Shown: positions 1 to 9,424, numbered from the stretch's first letter. The stretch: DNA of 64,000 nucleotides from SAR86 cluster bacterium SAR86E (GCA_000307935.1 AMWX01000001.1:163388-227387); one strand, 5' to 3'. The notes: generated from the letters alone by a model not told the origin. Translations and numbers: made by a program.

Positions 1-1542
1 GGCAATCCTGCTGTTAAAAGTAGTTTGAGCAGGAAATCCAAGACTTTTATACTCTTCTGACCACCATTCATCATTACCTACATAAAATTGTAGAGAAAGA
101 CCATCGAGATCGTTTAATGCAGAGTAAACCTTATCAGTTCTTTCTATTCGATATGATCTTGGTTTAACGTTATAAATATTGTCTACGTTTAAATCATTTT
201 TACTTAAATCATCTCTTTTAAATGGAGTAGTATCGGTTACAAGATTTTGATAGCTTTCATCGACATGAACACCCCAGTATGAAGCATATCCATGTATTCT
301 TTTTTTAACTATTCTTTCATTTTCAGTTCCTGCGTTCTCTGTAACTTCAACGATTGCTTTGATAGGAAATGAAGGGTTTTCTAGAGTATATGGGGTACCA
401 TCATCATTATAGACTCCATAATCCCAGACATTTTTAATAGTTGTTGTGGCATCTACAGAATAACAAGCTTCTGTGGTTGACCATCCATTCCGTGCTAAGC
501 GAGCTCTTACATCATCATTTAGGGTAACAGGTGTTGTTTTAGGATAGGTTCCATCTTCATTAGGCTGTTGCCAGTCAACATAAAACAACCCAGCAAGGGT
601 GGAGCAAAAAAGTTTATTTTCAGCATCCCGACCAAAAGTAAACTGACCAGTTACATTTACCTGAGAATCTCTGAATTCCTGCGACTGACAATTCCACCAG
701 TCTTCAGAACCATCACATGAAGGATCTATTAATGATTCATCAGACCATCCAGTCTGTCTAGTGTAAACACCCTTAACATCATCATTGGATAAAAATTCGG
801 CAGCAAGGTTAGCATCAGGTCCACTTCCTCGAGCTCTATACTTAATCGCATTACCTGTAGCAATTAAAGTCCCCTCACCTAAACTAGTACCATCAATACA
901 CCAACTCCAACCAGATGCAATTCTCTCATCGCTACACTCATTTCTAGCCCATGAGTCCTCTGGAAAGTCTTCTGGCCTGTTACCATTAGCAAATGATTGC
1001 CATTGAGCAACAAAATCTCCAAACCTTTTTTCTTCACTCTCACCATCTGTCTGTTTCAACTTAACGTATGTAAGCAACTTAGGCTGTCTATTAGTTTGTT
1101 CGTCAAAAGGAGTTTCATCAGCGAACCAAAGCTTAGATTCCTGAGATCCATCTATAAGAAATTGACTGTCAATTGTGAACTCATCAATGGCAACAGCAAC
1201 AACTGCATTATCGCCAGATGTAGCTGAAGATGCTGTGGTCGAAGATTGTGCGCTAACAGCTGCTGTCGCAGCAGTACCATCAGATGAACCTGACCCACCT
1301 GTTGATTGTGAACAGAGTGTTAAAGTTTGAGTTGCCTTATAGGCTCCATCATTAGCAAGGTCTTTAGTACCCATGTTGGCAATCTGACACAAGGTTTCCT
1401 GAGCATCATTGAGAGATTGTTGAATTTCTTGGTCAGCAACAAAGTTCTCAAAAGTATCGGTATCATAGTTTTCTTGCGCTACAACAAAGCAAGGAACTAT
1501 TAAGAGAGCTGTTAAGTAAGTTAGTTTATTTAATTTAGTCAT
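1..1542 (-). CDS. Secreted hypothetical protein, C-terminus cut by the window edge (N-terminal 514 aa visible)
   Basis: Absent from the ORF track because it runs off the window. A reverse-strand ATG at 1542 opens an uninterrupted frame to position 1 (1542 nt = 514 codons). The N-terminus MTKLNKLTYLTALLIVPCFVVAQE looks like a signal peptide. A Gly/Ser/Thr/Ala linker follows (GGSGSSDGTAATAAVSAQSSTTASSATSG), then a Cys/Trp/Asp-rich body. No family recognised. Confidence 0.6.
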   Translation of the reverse strand, partial: MTKLNKLTYLTALLIVPCFVVAQENYDTDTFENFVADQEIQQSLNDAQETLCQIANMGTKDLANDGAYKATQTLTLCSQSTGGSGSSDGTAATAAVSAQSSTTASSATSGDNAVVAVAIDEFTIDSQFLIDGSQESKLWFADETPFDEQTNRQPKLLTYVKLKQTDGESEEKRFGDFVAQWQSFANGNRPEDFPEDSWARNECSDERIASGWSWCIDGTSLGEGTLIATGNAIKYRARGSGPDANLAAEFLSNDDVKGVYTRQTGWSDESLIDPSCDGSEDWWNCQSQEFRDSQVNVTGQFTFGRDAENKLFCSTLAGLFYVDWQQPNEDGTYPKTTPVTLNDDVRARLARNGWSTTEACYSVDATTTIKNVWDYGVYNDDGTPYTLENPSFPIKAIVEVTENAGTENERIVKKRIHGYASYWGVHVDESYQNLVTDTTPFKRDDLSKNDLNVDNIYNVKPRSYRIERTDKVYSALNDLDGLSLQFYVGNDEWWSEEYKSLGFPAQTTFNSRIA

Positions 1543-1555
1543 AATTTATCCTTTC

Positions 1556-3310
1556 TTATAATGTTTCAATTACTTTAATTGCATCTGGAATATCAAATCC
1601 TTCAACCTGAAGTCTTCTTACATTGATTGTTAAATCTACAGATGTTTCCAAAGTCCCATCGGTTGCAACAATAGTCACTGAATATGCATTCTTAACAAAA
1701 AAATCAGGAGCTGATTTGAATGTTAATACACCGTCGATTACCTCAAAACTATCTGCGTCTGTACCAGAAAGTGTTATCGTTACCTCATCACCATCAACAT
1801 CCGAAATTTTTACATCAGAAACACTTGTACTTCCTTCAACAATAGTTGCGGAGGTTTGAGCTGAAATTGAAGGCGCATCATTTACAGGGGTGATAGAGAT
1901 GCTAACTGTGGAAGTAGAAGAAACTCCATTAACAGTAACAGTATATGTAAATGAATCATCGCCATTTTCATCAGCTGAGGGAGTATATGTAACTGAGTCA
2001 CCACTAATTGAAACAGATCCTTTAGTGGGAGCTGAAGCTATTGTTATAGTAGCTAAACCAGGAATGAGGTTATCATTAAACAAAACATTTAATGTAATAG
2101 CAGTATCTTCTTCGGTAACTCCTGAATCATCAATCGATAGGACCTCAGGGTCTAGAGAGCTAACTGATATAGATTCCGTGCTTGCAATATAGTTAGATAT
2201 TGAGTTTTCAGTATATTTTGCAGTGGTAGTGCCTGCAACACCAGCTCCAATATAACCTATATCTGTCTGAAGGGTGTTTAATGCAAAATTAATGATGCTA
2301 GTTGTAACAGAGCTATCTGACTTAACTTGAATTCTTGGAAGTGTTGATACAAGCGCTTGTACAGTATTTGCTTTATTAACATCACTAATAGACAACGCTG
2401 CATCTTCTACAACTTGATTAACAACATTCTCAATGAATGATTGAGACTCAATATCAATTTTAGTTGATGCAGTGGCAAAAGCATCCTCAAGTTGATTTGC
2501 AATTGCTAAAAATGAATTCTTAGTATCAACTTTATCAGTAGATTGATAATTAACAACACTAGTCATAGAAAGTGCTAAAACTGCAATTTGATTACCTTTC
2601 TCGTATAAAATACTATAAACGCCACCATCACTTAATTTGGCTACAGGATCAGTGTTTAGTATATTAATAGATGCATCAATGCCGAAAATTGTATTAATAT
2701 TCTCAGGGGAGTCCATCAGAACTGCTAGTGTAGTTAAAGGAGTAATTACTGGGCCATCCAAATAACCATCGTTTGGAGCTGCAAGGACAAGGTCATCAAG
2801 CAAAGTTTGGGTATCAACATCCGTTCCACCTATACTAACAAGAGTTCCATTATTTTGATAACCAAGGCTAAATTCACCACTCGAACCTGAAGTTTCAGAA
2901 TTCTCATCACTATCTAAAGCAGCATTATCATTCATATCATAAAAGACAGTGGCTCCAGATAAGTAACCATCAACAACATTACCAGCGCTCAGGCGGTTTC
3001 CAGTAACTGTAACTTGTTTAGAAATTGTGCCGCAGCTCAAAGAAAAGTTATTAGCTCCAGCTGAACTAATAGTTACAGACTCTGAGCCTGATCCAGCTTT
3101 AGAACCACTCCAAGCACCAGATGCAGAACAAGCAGTTTGATTGGATGACCAGGAAATAACAGCCACTTGACCAACAATCACTTGGGTTAGATCTGTGGAT
3201 AAAGTCATGGTTGGAGTATCACCACCACTACCACCACCGCCGCCGCCGCCACAAGATATAAGAACTGTGGTAGCAAAAATAGCATAGATGTAGTTGTTGA
3301 ATTTTTTCAT
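1556..3310 (-). CDS. Surface lipoprotein with Ig/cadherin-like repeats
   Basis: I prefer the ATG at 3310 (MKKFNNYIYAIFATTVLISC), which is preceded by AGAGGT. It has a lipobox LISC followed by a Gly7 linker. The C-terminal part carries cadherin/VCBS-like repeats (VNDAPSISA...DVDGDEVTITLSGTDADSFEV; TYTPSADENGDDSFTYTVTV). Confidence 0.7.
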   Translation of the reverse strand: MKKFNNYIYAIFATTVLISCGGGGGGGSGGDTPTMTLSTDLTQVIVGQVAVISWSSNQTACSASGAWSGSKAGSGSESVTISSAGANNFSLSCGTISKQVTVTGNRLSAGNVVDGYLSGATVFYDMNDNAALDSDENSETSGSSGEFSLGYQNNGTLVSIGGTDVDTQTLLDDLVLAAPNDGYLDGPVITPLTTLAVLMDSPENINTIFGIDASINILNTDPVAKLSDGGVYSILYEKGNQIAVLALSMTSVVNYQSTDKVDTKNSFLAIANQLEDAFATASTKIDIESQSFIENVVNQVVEDAALSISDVNKANTVQALVSTLPRIQVKSDSSVTTSIINFALNTLQTDIGYIGAGVAGTTTAKYTENSISNYIASTESISVSSLDPEVLSIDDSGVTEEDTAITLNVLFNDNLIPGLATITIASAPTKGSVSISGDSVTYTPSADENGDDSFTYTVTVNGVSSTSTVSISITPVNDAPSISAQTSATIVEGSTSVSDVKISDVDGDEVTITLSGTDADSFEVIDGVLTFKSAPDFFVKNAYSVTIVATDGTLETSVDLTINVRRLQVEGFDIPDAIKVIETL

Positions 3311-3394
3311 TATTACCTCTGAATTAAATACGAATAAAAATCTCATTACTTAATATATCAAGAAAAATGATATTAATGTAAAAAATATGTATTT

Positions 3395-4408
3395 TTAAAA
3401 AGTGTATTTTAGGTCTATGCCAATTAGCCCGAAATTTTGATCGAAATAATGCTCAGTGCGTTGGTTAAGAACTATTTGTTCAAATCCAAGTAAATTATTT
3501 TTATAAATCGTTCCATGCAATGAAAGCTCAAAATCGTTATAAATATATTTTATTCCTAGCTTTATCATAAGATTGTTATTTGGAAGACTTGTAGATAAAG
3601 AGGAATAATTATCTTGACTGTAATAGAGAAAACTTGTGTCATAAAAAATTGTACTATGTTTATTTATTTGAAAATCTTTTTTAATATTAAAATTTGCAAC
3701 ATAGGAGTCCCATGGATCCAATTGAGGCAATCTTGATAATGTTGATTCAATAATAGACCCTAAAGTTCCATTTCCCAATTGAAGGTTATATAGAAATCCA
3801 GATTTAATTTCACTCAATGGTGTTAACCAATTGAACTCATGTTCAGTCATAGAAACAGTCAATTTAATTTCGTCAGCAAGAATATTTGATACAGCTTTAG
3901 TTAATGACATCTTAATTGTTTGAGCCTTACCATCAATCATTAGTATGTTTTCATCCAAAGGATCAAATTGGGGTTTTGAATTTGTAATTTTGAGATCATA
4001 TCCATCGCAGGATCCAATTATTAAACCAGTAAATTCATAGCATTCAATATATTGCGTGTCAGCTTCTTGATGCTCTAAGCCTAGTGAAATTGCTAGGTCA
4101 GACTCAATTAAATAAAAAATTTCAATACTATTATTTGTAGATGTTAAATTTACATTTTTAGGTTCAGATGATCTCTGAACGTCTAGTTCAAACTCAGTAG
4201 AATTAATTAATAGACCAAATTTATTACGCAAAAGAAAAACCTCTAATGCATCATTTGAGCTTGTATCGAATGATTGTGGAATAGAAGGTAGGAAATCCCA
4301 TTCTTTATCAGCATAAGAAAAAGAAGTCTTAACATATCCATCTAACGCAAAAACATTGTAAGAAAATATAGATAAAAATAAAAAATATAAATAGAATTTC
4401 TTAATCAT
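3395..4408 (-). CDS. Putative outer-membrane beta-barrel protein
   Basis: 337 aa. Signal peptide MIKKFYLYFLFLSIFSYNVFA|LDG, a strand-like alternating pattern, and a C-terminal ...DLKYTF with the terminal Phe typical of OMPs. Family not recognised. Confidence 0.5.
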   Translation of the reverse strand: MIKKFYLYFLFLSIFSYNVFALDGYVKTSFSYADKEWDFLPSIPQSFDTSSNDALEVFLLRNKFGLLINSTEFELDVQRSSEPKNVNLTSTNNSIEIFYLIESDLAISLGLEHQEADTQYIECYEFTGLIIGSCDGYDLKITNSKPQFDPLDENILMIDGKAQTIKMSLTKAVSNILADEIKLTVSMTEHEFNWLTPLSEIKSGFLYNLQLGNGTLGSIIESTLSRLPQLDPWDSYVANFNIKKDFQINKHSTIFYDTSFLYYSQDNYSSLSTSLPNNNLMIKLGIKYIYNDFELSLHGTIYKNNLLGFEQIVLNQRTEHYFDQNFGLIGIDLKYTF

Positions 4409-5282
4409 GGAATTTCTTTACCAAAGCTGAAGTATCAAGCTTACCATAGCCCTCAGAATCTAATTTTTTATATTCATCAAACGTCTGTTTTCCTATGCTA
4501 AGTTGTAATTTTTGTTTTTGAGCTTCAGAAAGTATGATGCCCAAATCTTTAATCATTAAACGAATAGCAAAGCCAAAATCATATTCATTTGATACCATGG
4601 TTTTAAATCTATTATCCATTTGCCAAGACTGAGCTGCTCCATTGGAGATAGCTTCAAACACTTTACCTAAGTCAACATCATATTTTTTGCCAAAAACAAT
4701 ACTCTCAGATAAACCTTGTAATGTCCCTGCAATAGATAATTGATTCATCATTTTTGCTATTTGGCCATGGCCTGACTCACCAATATGAGTAATTGATTTT
4801 GTATATGCGCTTATGAAAGTAGATATTTTTGAAAAATTATCAATTGAACCACCAATCATTACTGACAAGGTTCCATTAACTGCTGCTATCTCACCTCCAG
4901 AAATTGGGGCATCATAAAAATCAACATTTTTTTTAATAATGATTTCATTTTTTATAAATTGATTGACCAATTCTAGTGAAGTTGTTGAATGATCCAATAT
5001 AAAGCTATTATCTTGAAGAGAGGAAATCAGTGATGAATCAAGCAGACTATTTGTTATTGCATGATCATCTTTAAGACATGTGATAATCCCATCAAATTTT
5101 ATATCATTGGTCTCAAATACATACTCTTTACCATTATATTTGGTAAGCCAAAGCTTGGTTTTTGATTGAGTTCTGTTGAAAACGTATAAATCTACATTAG
5201 GATTTTTAGATAGATGTCCAGCCATAGGAAAACCCATGGTACCAAGACCAACAAAAAGATATTTTTTTTTATATTTTTGCAA
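4401..5282 (-). CDS. NAD(P)-dependent oxidoreductase, 3-hydroxyisobutyrate/6-phosphogluconate dehydrogenase family
   Basis: 293 aa with N-terminal Rossmann motif GLGTMGFPMAGHL and family-typical length. Overlaps the downstream OMP gene by 8 nt. Confidence 0.8.
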   Translation of the reverse strand: MQKYKKKYLFVGLGTMGFPMAGHLSKNPNVDLYVFNRTQSKTKLWLTKYNGKEYVFETNDIKFDGIITCLKDDHAITNSLLDSSLISSLQDNSFILDHSTTSLELVNQFIKNEIIIKKNVDFYDAPISGGEIAAVNGTLSVMIGGSIDNFSKISTFISAYTKSITHIGESGHGQIAKMMNQLSIAGTLQGLSESIVFGKKYDVDLGKVFEAISNGAAQSWQMDNRFKTMVSNEYDFGFAIRLMIKDLGIILSEAQKQKLQLSIGKQTFDEYKKLDSEGYGKLDTSALVKKFHD

Positions 5283-5745
5283 GTTGGTATTGAGCAGATG
5301 ATACCTCTAAGGCTCCAGGTTCCTCAATATCAATTGAAGTAACTTTGCCATCTTCAATTAACATAGCAAATCTTTTGCATCTATCACCAAGACCAAAAGC
5401 TGAGCCGTCCATTTTTAATCCAAGTTCATTTGTTAAATTGCAGTTTCCATCAGCAATCATAATAATATCATTTGCATTTGATGCATCAGCCCATGCTTGA
5501 ATAACAAATGGATCGTTAACAGAAATAAAAATTACATTTAGATCCTTTTTATTAAATTTTGATAGATTCTCTACATATCCGGGCAAATGTGAACCATGAC
5601 AGGTTGGTGTAAATGCACCGGGAACCCCAACTAATAGAAATTTTTTATCTTTAAGTAAGTCAACTGATTCTTTGGTTCCAATCTCTCCGTTAGCAATTAC
5701 AGTAACTGTAACTGATGGAAATTGGTCATTAATATTAATTGTCAT
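5269..5745 (-). CDS. Peroxiredoxin, Prx5-type
   Basis: 158 aa with the peroxidatic-Cys motif PGAFTPTCHGSHLPGY. Confidence 0.85.
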   Translation of the reverse strand: MTININDQFPSVTVTVIANGEIGTKESVDLLKDKKFLLVGVPGAFTPTCHGSHLPGYVENLSKFNKKDLNVIFISVNDPFVIQAWADASNANDIIMIADGNCNLTNELGLKMDGSAFGLGDRCKRFAMLIEDGKVTSIDIEEPGALEVSSAQYQLAKI

Positions 5746-5841
5746 AATTTCTCCTTATGTAATTTTTAAATTTTACATGATTTGATTTAATTATAAATTA
5801 TTATGGTTGTCTTATTGTTTTAACATGCTAAAACATGTAGT

Positions 5842-6111
5842 ATGCACGTCATGAATTTATATACAGCTATTAAAAAATTAAAATCAGAGAAAGAGATTGT
5901 AAATTTCATGAGAGATTTATGTACACCGAATGAGATTGAAGCTCTTGAAGAGCGTTGGGAGGTTGCAAAAGAATTATATAAAGGGGAACTAACTTATAGA
6001 GAAATTGCATCTTTGCTGAATACATCAACTGCAACAGTTACACGTGTAGCTAGATTTTTATTCAAAGAGTCTAATGCTGGCTATTTATCCATTTTAAAAA
6101 AATACTCATGA
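5842..6111 (+). CDS. TrpR-fold YerC/YecD-family DNA-binding protein (HisR-like candidate)
   Basis: 89 aa. LCTPNEIEALEERWEVAKEL...TYREIASLLNTSTATVTRVARFL matches the YerC/YecD Trp-repressor-like family, including its HTH. The stop overlaps the hisG ATG (ATGA at 6108-6111). Confidence 0.75.
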   Translation: MHVMNLYTAIKKLKSEKEIVNFMRDLCTPNEIEALEERWEVAKELYKGELTYREIASLLNTSTATVTRVARFLFKESNAGYLSILKKYS

Positions 6112-6977
6112 ACTCTCAAAAAATAACAATTGCTATCCAAAAAAAGGGTCGACTATTTGATAATAGTAAAGATTTGCTTCTAAAGTCAGGAATTAAATTT
6201 ACTACATCAGGTGAAAAACTATTAGCTAGATCCTCAAATACCAATATAGATATTTTATTAGTCAGAGATGATGATATACCATCGTTGGTTAGTAAAGGTG
6301 TTGCTGATTTAGGAATAGTCGGTCAAAATGTTTTAGCTGAACAAGCGGCAACAAATAAGCAAATAGTAGCCAAAGAAATACTGTCATTAGGTTTTTCTAA
6401 ATGCAGACTATCATTTGCAAAACCACTTACCTCAAAATTAAGATCTCTGAAAAATAAATCAATAGCAACCTCCTACCCTGGCTTGGTAAAAAAGTATCTT
6501 GTTAAAAATAATCTTAAATCAAACGTCATAAAAATTAATGGTTCGGTAGAGCTAACACCTTATATAGGCATTGCAGACTGTATTTGCGATCTTATATCTT
6601 CAGGTGCAACTCTTGAGGCAAATAACTTAATTGAATTTAAGCATTTAATGGATTCACAAGCTGTGCTTATAGCAAAAACAAAATTTCATGATATTGAGCG
6701 AATAGATGTTCTAAATTTAATTAGACGATTTGAAGGTGTGATCAATGCAGCTGAAAGTAAGTATGTAATGCTTAATGCAGATTTAAGCTCAGCAGATAAA
6801 ATATGCAAACTTCTTCCAGGCGCTGATTCACCCACAATTATTCCGCTCCAAGAAAAAAGCAAAGTAGCAATACATGCGCTTTGTAGTGAACCGGTATTTT
6901 GGGAGACCATGGAAAAACTAAAAAAAAATGGTGCCTCTTCAATACTGGTTATGCCAGTCGAAAAAATATTGAATTAA
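6108..6977 (+). CDS. hisG: ATP phosphoribosyltransferase, long form
   Basis: 289 aa with DLISSGATLEAN and a C-terminal regulatory domain. First biosynthetic gene of the his operon. Confidence 0.9.
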   Translation: MNSQKITIAIQKKGRLFDNSKDLLLKSGIKFTTSGEKLLARSSNTNIDILLVRDDDIPSLVSKGVADLGIVGQNVLAEQAATNKQIVAKEILSLGFSKCRLSFAKPLTSKLRSLKNKSIATSYPGLVKKYLVKNNLKSNVIKINGSVELTPYIGIADCICDLISSGATLEANNLIEFKHLMDSQAVLIAKTKFHDIERIDVLNLIRRFEGVINAAESKYVMLNADLSSADKICKLLPGADSPTIIPLQEKSKVAIHALCSEPVFWETMEKLKKNGASSILVMPVEKILN

Positions 6978-8852
6978 ATGAAATTAATTAACAGATCAAA
7001 AGCTAACAAAGCAATTATCACGACTTCTAATTTTAAGATTGAAACTAAAGTTCAAAACTCAATTTTAAGATACAAAAAAATTATTCTGCAGAATGGTACT
7101 AAAGCATTTAAACAAATTAATGATGAGCTAGGGTTAAAAACACCCAAAACACTCAAAGTATCAATAAAGGATATTAAAAAATCTGAGGGCTTATTAACAG
7201 ATAACATTAAAATTGCTATTTTGCAGGCAGCAAATAATATCAAGACCGTTTGTAAGTCAGATCTAAACAAAGCTAACTTCAAGGCTATTGAGACCACTAA
7301 AGGAATTAAAATATGGAAGGAATTTAAACCAATAGATAAGGTTGGTATATATGTTCCAGGTGGATCAGCTCCACTTGTATCATCATTACTGATGCAATTA
7401 ATTCCTGCAATTGTTGCTGGTTGTAAAAATATCACGATATGCACTCCCCCATTAAAAAATGGTGATGTTGCACCAGAAATTTTATGGGCAGCTAAGCAAT
7501 ATGGCGTGACAAATATTTATAAAGTTGGTGGAGCTCAGGCAATTTTTGCCATGGCATATGGCTCAACGATAGTTCCGAAAGTAGATAAAATTTTTGGTCC
7601 TGGTAATGCATACGTCAATGCTGCCAAACAACTAATATCTAGTGAGGGAATCTCAATAGATCTTCCAGCTGGACCTAGCGAGGTATTGGTAATAACAAAC
7701 GATATCAATAAAGTTAAATTGGCAGCCTCAGATGCTCTCTCACAGTTAGAGCATGATCCTAACTCACAGGCTTTGATAATGTCTTGTAAGTTAAATGTTT
7801 TGAATGCAGTTAAAAAAGAAATTCAAAATCAACAAAAATTATTAAAGAGACAATCCATTTTAAAAGATAGCATTAAAAATTTGTTATTAATAAAAGCTAA
7901 GTCTTTCGTTGACAGCGTAGCTGTAATTAATGATTGTGCTCCTGAACATTTAATATTACTTGATGATGATTATTCTTTATATTTAAAAGATATTAATAAT
8001 GCTGGATCTATATTCTGTGGCCCTTTAAGCCCAGAATCATTTGGTGATTATGCTTCTGGAACAAATCATGTACTTCCAACCAATGGTAATGCTAAAACAC
8101 ACTCTGGACTAAGTATTAATGATTTTGGAAAGTATATTTCTGTGCAAACAGCCTCTCAAGAAGGATTTAATAATCTTAAAAATACAGTTATAGAATTAGC
8201 CAATGCCGAAAAACTAGATGCTCATATCAACGCTGTAAAAATTAGAGAGACATTTCTTGAGTCAGTGAGACCAGGCAGAACATCCGTTGATATTAGAAAA
8301 ACAAATGAGACCAGTATCTACATTAACTTAAATCTTGATGGTAGCGGAAATTACAATATAAATACTGGGATTAAATATCTTGATCACTTGCTTGAACAGT
8401 TTGCTAAGCATAGTTCCATTGACCTTCAATTAACCTCTATTGGAGATTTAGAGATAGATGAGCATCACTCAATTGAAGATATAGCCATAACTCTTGGAGA
8501 GTCTATTAAATCTGCTCTGGGACAGCGCAATGGAATTTCTAGATATGCTTCGAGTGAGACACTGGTAATGGATGAAGTTCAATGTAATGTGAGCATTGAT
8601 TTATCAACAAGAAGATATCTTAAATTCAAAGCATCTAAACTAAGAGAATTTGTAGGTGACTTCCCTACTGAAATGTTCAAGCATTTTTTTGTATCTCTTA
8701 TTAATTCAGCGGCTCTTACTTGCCACATAAATACAACTGGCGAAAATTCACATCATATATTAGAAGCAACCTTCAAAACATTTGCTCGAGCATTCAAATC
8801 CGCAATTGTCATTGAATCAGATTCAAGTTCCTCAACTAAAGGTGTCTTGTGA
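6978..8852 (+). CDS. hisD/hisB: Fusion protein: histidinol dehydrogenase (N) + imidazoleglycerol-phosphate dehydratase (C)
   Basis: 624 aa in one frame. HisD motifs: GGAQAIFAMAYG, IFGPGNAYVNAAK, SQLEHDPNS, GDYASGTNHVLPT, and a C-terminal LDAHINAVKIR. After about 10 linker residues, IGPD motifs follow: RKTNETSIYINLNLDGSG, DEHHSIEDIAITLG, GENSHHILEATFKTFARA. Confidence 0.9.
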   Translation: MKLINRSKANKAIITTSNFKIETKVQNSILRYKKIILQNGTKAFKQINDELGLKTPKTLKVSIKDIKKSEGLLTDNIKIAILQAANNIKTVCKSDLNKANFKAIETTKGIKIWKEFKPIDKVGIYVPGGSAPLVSSLLMQLIPAIVAGCKNITICTPPLKNGDVAPEILWAAKQYGVTNIYKVGGAQAIFAMAYGSTIVPKVDKIFGPGNAYVNAAKQLISSEGISIDLPAGPSEVLVITNDINKVKLAASDALSQLEHDPNSQALIMSCKLNVLNAVKKEIQNQQKLLKRQSILKDSIKNLLLIKAKSFVDSVAVINDCAPEHLILLDDDYSLYLKDINNAGSIFCGPLSPESFGDYASGTNHVLPTNGNAKTHSGLSINDFGKYISVQTASQEGFNNLKNTVIELANAEKLDAHINAVKIRETFLESVRPGRTSVDIRKTNETSIYINLNLDGSGNYNINTGIKYLDHLLEQFAKHSSIDLQLTSIGDLEIDEHHSIEDIAITLGESIKSALGQRNGISRYASSETLVMDEVQCNVSIDLSTRRYLKFKASKLREFVGDFPTEMFKHFFVSLINSAALTCHINTTGENSHHILEATFKTFARAFKSAIVIESDSSSSTKGVL

Positions 8853-9424
8853 CAGTAGCAATTATCAATTCTGGAGGAGCAAACCTTGGCTCTGTCCAAA
8901 GAGCTGTAGATAAGATCGGTTATAAAGCCATAATTACTAGAGAAATTAAAGACATTAGTGACAGTACTCATGTAATTATACCTGGTGTTGGATCTGCTTA
9001 TAATGTTATGAGATCTTTGAAGAAAACTAATCTAATTCAAACTATTAAAAGTTTATCGCAACCAGTTCTTGGCATATGCATTGGAATGCAAATATTGTTT
9101 GAATTTTCAGATGAAGGAAAAGTAGATTGTTTGGGTTTAATTCCAGGATCAGTTGAGAGGTTCAAGAGCCTTGATCATTTAAAAGTACCGCAAATGGGTT
9201 GGAATAAAGTAAGTTTTAATAATAGTCTAAGTGAATTTAATAATTATTATTATTTTGCAAATAGTTACTTCAATCCTATCAATCAATTTACAATTGCCCA
9301 GTCTCAATATGGCGTCTCTTTCACAGCAGCTATAAAATATAAAAATTTTATTGGTTGTCAGTTTCATCCTGAGAAATCATCTTTGGCTGGATCTAAATTT
9401 TTAAAAAATTTCTTACAATCATAA
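8849..9424 (+). CDS. hisH: Imidazole glycerol phosphate synthase, glutaminase subunit
   Basis: 191 aa with nucleophile-Cys motif GICIGMQIL and QFHPEKS. Confidence 0.9.
   Translation: MTVAIINSGGANLGSVQRAVDKIGYKAIITREIKDISDSTHVIIPGVGSAYNVMRSLKKTNLIQTIKSLSQPVLGICIGMQILFEFSDEGKVDCLGLIPGSVERFKSLDHLKVPQMGWNKVSFNNSLSEFNNYYYFANSYFNPINQFTIAQSQYGVSFTAAIKYKNFIGCQFHPEKSSLAGSKFLKNFLQS

Noticed and set aside
785-1227. Two plus-strand track ORFs (73 and 76 aa).
   Set aside because: They lie antisense inside a 1542-nt uninterrupted minus-strand frame that has a signal peptide and a proper start. Their sequences are low-complexity with no recognisable motifs.
1623-2192. Plus-strand ORFs (78 and 100 aa) inside the lipoprotein gene.
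   Set aside because: They are antisense shadow ORFs of a Ser/Thr/Val-rich repeat-coding region with no independent signals.
3230-3250. (GCC)4(ACC)3 run as a possible slipped-strand phase-variation tract.
   Set aside because: It is in frame, uses mixed codons and encodes the Gly7 linker directly after the lipobox Cys. This is a normal flexible tether, not a homopolymeric switch.
5746-5841. Search for a His-codon-rich leader peptide or attenuator upstream of the his operon.
   Set aside because: No small ORF with consecutive CAT/CAC codons and no terminator-like hairpin with a T-run was found. This negative result feeds the YerC/HisR finding.
7052-7444. 130-aa minus-strand ORF inside hisD.
   Set aside because: It is fully embedded antisense in a gene with strong HisD motifs. 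It is a typical spurious ORF. The same applies to the other antisense ORFs at 6686-6910, 8753-8971, 9364-9549, 10687-10887, 12656-13025, 17188-17694, 17998-18264 and 18744-18938.
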